Source: an uncultured Alphaproteobacteria bacterium (lineage in GTDB: Bacteria; Pseudomonadota; Alphaproteobacteria; HIMB59; GCA-002718135). From it: a stretch of DNA of 64,000 nucleotides. The translations under genes and the position numbers were made by a program. The stretch lies in the NCBI GenBank assembly GCA_902630465.1, contig CACOVJ010000003.1, positions 2,101 through 66,100 of the forward strand, read 5' to 3'. The notes below the pieces were generated by a model. That model saw only the letters and a list, made by a program, of their open reading frames with translations, had not been told where the DNA came from and made no database searches. Of this stretch, positions 58,436 through 64,000 are shown piece by piece. Position 1 is the stretch's first letter. Each line of letters opens with the position of its first letter.

Positions 58436-59550
58436 TGGCAACAGTAGATAAATCCAGAGTTCCGTGGTGGGTTTCCAATCTCATTGTTCCGCTCGTTAAC
58501 TTAACATTAGCATTATTTGTGTCAGGCCTGTTTATATTTATTGCAGGTGAAAATCCTTTTGAAGCGGTAAGTTTAATAATCTACGGTTCCTTTGGTTATA
58601 TAGAAGGTTTTGCTTACACTCTTTATTATACAACAAATTTTATTTTTACTGGTTTAGCGTTTGCCGTCGCATTTCATTGTAGACTTTTTAATATTGGCGG
58701 TGAAGGTCAAGCGTATATTGGTGGTCTAGGTGTTTTTTTAGTTGCTATAAATTTTAGTTTTTTACCTGTTCCAATAGTATGGTTGCTTGCTGTAGGTGGC
58801 GCCGTGGTTTTTGGTGCTGCTTGGGCTTTTATCCCAGCCTATCTTCAAGCAACGAGAGGGAGTCATGTAGTTATAACTACAATAATGTTTAACTTTATAG
58901 CCGCATCTTTAATGGTCTTCTTACTTGTTGATGTAATCAGGGATACTACACAAATGGGACCGCATACAGTTGCTTTACCAGAAGAACAATGGTTTCCAAG
59001 TTTCGAAGATTTTGCCGCGCTATTTGGAATAAAAATTAGATATTCGCCATTAAACATTTCTTTTCTTTTAGCAATTGCTGCATCATTTTTTGTTTGGTTC
59101 TTAGTATGGAAAACAAGATGGGGTTACGAAATGCGAGCCGTTGGTCATAATACACAAGCAGCTATTTATGCAGGAATTTCTCCTTATAAAAATATAATTA
59201 TTGCAATGTGTATATCTGGTGGTTTGGCAGGATTATTAGGTGTTAATGAAATATTAGGAGTGCATCATAAAATCGTTGCAGGTTTTCCAGCTGGATACGG
59301 TTTCACTGGAATTGCAGTTGCTCTAATGGGAAGAAATCATCCTATAGGAATTTTTCCAGCGGCATTTTTATTTGGAATTTTATATCAAGGTGGATCAGAA
59401 GTTACTTTTGATATGCCTAATATTACCAGGTATATGTTTGTTGCTGTTCAAGGTGTAATTATTTTATTTAGTGGTGCATTAGAGAACCTATTTAGACCAC
59501 AAATTGAAAACTTCTTTGTTAACAGACTAAACCTAAAGGCAAAAGCGTAA
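58435..59550 (+). CDS. ABC transporter permease
   Basis: ~9-10 TM helices. BPD_transp_2-like layout. ATG overlaps the upstream stop. Confidence 0.85.
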   Translation: MATVDKSRVPWWVSNLIVPLVNLTLALFVSGLFIFIAGENPFEAVSLIIYGSFGYIEGFAYTLYYTTNFIFTGLAFAVAFHCRLFNIGGEGQAYIGGLGVFLVAINFSFLPVPIVWLLAVGGAVVFGAAWAFIPAYLQATRGSHVVITTIMFNFIAASLMVFLLVDVIRDTTQMGPHTVALPEEQWFPSFEDFAALFGIKIRYSPLNISFLLAIAASFFVWFLVWKTRWGYEMRAVGHNTQAAIYAGISPYKNIIIAMCISGGLAGLLGVNEILGVHHKIVAGFPAGYGFTGIAVALMGRNHPIGIFPAAFLFGILYQGGSEVTFDMPNITRYMFVAVQGVIILFSGALENLFRPQIENFFVNRLNLKAKA

Positions 59551-60521
59551 TGGAATTTTTATCTGACATTGCATCGTTAATAAATTCTACTTTAAGAATT
59601 TCAACACCATTAGTATTTGCAGCTATGGCAGGAATATTTGCTGAAAGATCAGGTGTTATTGATTTTAGTTTAGAAGGAAAAATGCTTATGGCCGCTTTTG
59701 TTGCTGCAGTAGGCTCTTACTTTTTAGGAAATCCTTGGCTTGGTTTATTGTTGGCCATTATTGCATGTGTTAGTCTTTCGATGTTACACGGTTTTGCTTC
59801 CGTTACTTATAAAGGTGATCAAGTTGTTTCATGTGTTGCTATTAATATTTTAATAATCGGTTTAACCACTGCTCTTGCAGCTGCCTGGTTTGGACAAGCT
59901 GGTTTAACTCCAACACTAACAGAAGATCAGCGTTTCTTAGAAGTTAATCTACCTTTTGCTGAAAGTTTAAGGGATGTTCCAATAATAGGAACAATTTATA
60001 GTGATATATTAAGTGGTCATTATATCTTTGTATATCTAGCTTATGCTACAGTTCCATTAGTTTTCTGGGTTGTGTTTAAAACTAGCTTTGGTTTGAGGCT
60101 AAGAGCAGTTGGTGAAAATCCAAGCGCTGTTGATACGGCAGGCATCAATGTCTTTGCAATGAGATATAAAGCTTTGGCAATCAACGGTGTCTTAATTGCT
60201 TTTGCTGGAGCTCATTTATCAACTGCAGTAAATGCAAATTTCTTTAGAGAAATGTCGGCTGGGAGAGGATACTTAGCATTAGCAGCTATGATTTTTGGAA
60301 AATGGCACCCTAAAACAGCCTTAATTGCTTGTTTACTTTTTGGATTTACAGATGCACTTCAAATTAGACTCCAAGGAGTTGAACTACCTGCCATTGGAGA
60401 AATACCTGTTCAATTAATTCAAGCATTACCTTATGTGTTAACAGTTGTCTTGCTAGCTGGATTTGTTGGTAAAGCTATAGCTCCTAATGCTATAGGCCAA
60501 CCTTATATTAAGGAAAGATAA
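59550..60521 (+). CDS. ABC transporter permease
   Basis: Polytopic membrane protein, paralogous in layout to the previous gene. ATG overlaps the upstream stop. Confidence 0.85.
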   Translation: MEFLSDIASLINSTLRISTPLVFAAMAGIFAERSGVIDFSLEGKMLMAAFVAAVGSYFLGNPWLGLLLAIIACVSLSMLHGFASVTYKGDQVVSCVAINILIIGLTTALAAAWFGQAGLTPTLTEDQRFLEVNLPFAESLRDVPIIGTIYSDILSGHYIFVYLAYATVPLVFWVVFKTSFGLRLRAVGENPSAVDTAGINVFAMRYKALAINGVLIAFAGAHLSTAVNANFFREMSAGRGYLALAAMIFGKWHPKTALIACLLFGFTDALQIRLQGVELPAIGEIPVQLIQALPYVLTVVLLAGFVGKAIAPNAIGQPYIKER

Positions 60522-60575
60522 TTAAGTATTAATTTAAATAAACAAATATATAATAATTAACTTAGGAGAAAAAAT

Positions 60576-60896
60576 ATGACTTTAATGGAAAGATACCAAA
60601 AAGCGATGAAAGAAAAAAATGAAGCTGAAATGAATGACATCATACATGATGATTTTAAATTCACAATGCATGCATCTGGAAATGTTTTATCAAAATCTGA
60701 TGTTGTTAGTTGGGCTATGTCTGGTGATATCAATTCTGATAAAGACAGAATTGTGTATGAAAATGATGAAATAGCAGTTCATCATTCATTTGTAACTTTT
60801 AATGATGGCAACACACAAGCTGTAATGTCTGTTTTTAAAATAGAAAATGGCAAAATTGTTTCTTTAGAAACTGGTGCTACAAATATGCCAAAATAA
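60576..60896 (+). CDS. small NTF2/SnoaL-like fold protein, function unknown
   Basis: 106 aa with SD AGGAGAA. The pattern (helices, then beta strands ending in ...ENGKIVSLE) suggests a SnoaL-like fold; this is a weak call. Confidence 0.5.
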   Translation: MTLMERYQKAMKEKNEAEMNDIIHDDFKFTMHASGNVLSKSDVVSWAMSGDINSDKDRIVYENDEIAVHHSFVTFNDGNTQAVMSVFKIENGKIVSLETGATNMPK

Positions 60897-60921
60897 AAAA
60901 GTGGAACTTTAAGTTCCACTT
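60895..60921. terminator. bidirectional intrinsic terminator between the NTF2-like gene and katG
   Basis: AAGTGGAACTT (60899-60909) and AAGTTCCACTT (60911-60921) form a perfect 11-bp inverted repeat. The upstream A-run gives a U-run for the minus-strand (katG) transcript. It overlaps the stop codon of the plus-strand gene. Confidence 0.7.
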
Positions 60922-60941
60922 TCAAATTAATTCAATTATTT

Positions 60942-63089
<2,148 letters not shown>

Positions 63090-63137
63090 TTATTTGAGAT
63101 TAATATATAAAGAAATTAAATTAAAGCAAAGTGAAAA

Positions 63138-63545
63138 TTACAACTCAATTTTAAAATTTTTGGGATTCCATCCTTTGGGAGCAAGTTCAAAATCTTTAAA
63201 ATCAAATGCTGGTGCGACAGTACAACCAATTAAACTAAAGGAACCTGTAGACCTCATTGCAAACCAAGTATTTGAGTAGACTGTAAATATAAAGTTGTTG
63301 TTTAATCCTAAAGAAAATGAACTGTAATCTACACCATCAATAGATGTAAATACTTCTAGTGGTTTACCTAAATAAAAATGCAAGATTTCATTTTTCTTCA
63401 AACGATGCCAATGTGACTTTTCATTTTCTTTCAAAAGATAATAGATCTGACTTACATGTTCATTTTTGAGAATCTCTACATAATGACCACCTTCAGGATG
63501 GCTAATCATATTTAATTTTTTTATTAAAGTATCTGCGTCTTCCAC
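63138..63545 (-). CDS. cupin-fold DUF985 protein
   Basis: L.M..HPEGGHYVE start and the later WH..K motif. 135 aa. It abuts the ribA stop. Confidence 0.65.
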   Translation of the reverse strand: MEDADTLIKKLNMISHPEGGHYVEILKNEHVSQIYYLLKENEKSHWHRLKKNEILHFYLGKPLEVFTSIDGVDYSSFSLGLNNNFIFTVYSNTWFAMRSTGSFSLIGCTVAPAFDFKDFELAPKGWNPKNFKIEL

Positions 63546-64000
63546 TTATAATAAATGACCCAATTTGTTAATTTTGGTGGAAATATATTTTTCGTTGTAT
63601 TTATTTGTATCTGAAGAAAGAGGAATTCTTTGATTCACCTCCACACCCATATCTTTCAAAGCTTTAATTTTTTTTGGGTTATTTGTCATTAGATCAATTT
63701 TTTTTATTGCTAAAAATTTAATCATTCCTGACACAGTCTCATACGTTCTTTCATCTTCTTTAAATCCTAATTGATGATTTGCCTCAACAGTGTCAAAGCC
63801 CTTATCTTGCAAACTATAAGCTTTGATTTTGTTTGATAGTCCAATACCCCTTCCTTCTTGCTGAAGATAAAAGACAACACCTCTTCCAACATTGGCAATT
63901 TGTTTTAAGGACTCTGTTAATTGAAACCTACAATCACACCTCATACTAAAAAAGGATTCACCAGTTATACATTGTGAATGAATTCTTGATAGAACTGGAT
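63546..64000 (-). CDS. ribA: GTP cyclohydrolase II (partial; 5' end is outside the window)
   Basis: The reading frame is open to the window edge: ...PVLSRIHSQCITGESFFSMRCDCRFQL...QEGRGIGL... Confidence 0.9.
   Translation of the reverse strand, partial: PVLSRIHSQCITGESFFSMRCDCRFQLTESLKQIANVGRGVVFYLQQEGRGIGLSNKIKAYSLQDKGFDTVEANHQLGFKEDERTYETVSGMIKFLAIKKIDLMTNNPKKIKALKDMGVEVNQRIPLSSDTNKYNEKYISTKINKLGHLL

Overview
Very AT-rich, gene-dense alphaproteobacterial chromosome segment. In 60-nt lines I counted by hand, most genes run about 18-30% GC. The composition, the synteny and a retinal-biosynthesis operon fit a streamlined marine SAR11/Pelagibacterales-like genome; this is inference, not a database hit. 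I support about 65 protein genes and one tRNA, and found no rRNA, CRISPR array or intact mobile element.

Gene order:
- A tRNA-Gly(GCC) with a truncated integrase marks the edge of a genomic island.
- crtI-crtB-crtY-blh (beta-carotene to retinal).
- ftsK, lolA-like, yggS, an acidic porin-like outer-membrane protein, and leuS-lptE-holA.
- The origin-proximal block parB-parA-rsmG-mnmG-mnmE-(FG-GAP protein)-rho, then a 407-bp gap, then maf-aroE-coaE-dnaQ-Tim44-like.
- A T4-lysozyme-like gene, Smr, and an envelope-remodelling operon (tandem PAP2 phosphatase, ArnT-like GT-C transferase, secreted protein).
- hslVU, hisBH-(GNAT)-AFE-HIT, BON/rsmI/LpoA-like, rdgB-rph, hrcA-grpE, dnaKJ, dapB, pyruvate carboxylase, upp.
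- A BMP-family nucleoside-type ABC transporter, katG, a DUF985 cupin and a partial ribA.

Observations most worth a second look:
- The rho|maf gap is a positional oriC candidate.
- Two inverted copies of a parS-core 15-mer lie at the mnmE/mnmG junction.
- A compositionally atypical FG-GAP gene is inserted between rho and mnmE.
- A fused dual-PAP2/GT-C operon suggests lipid A or envelope remodelling.
- katG is GC-elevated in an otherwise reduced genome.
- GrpE carries a DnaJ-type CxxCxGxG motif in its N-terminus.
- Gene packing is extreme: seven convergent pairs share stop-codon DNA, and one divergent pair overlaps at its 5' ends.

I found no obvious multi-gene defence or mobile system. All family calls rest on motifs and synteny read by eye, without searches.
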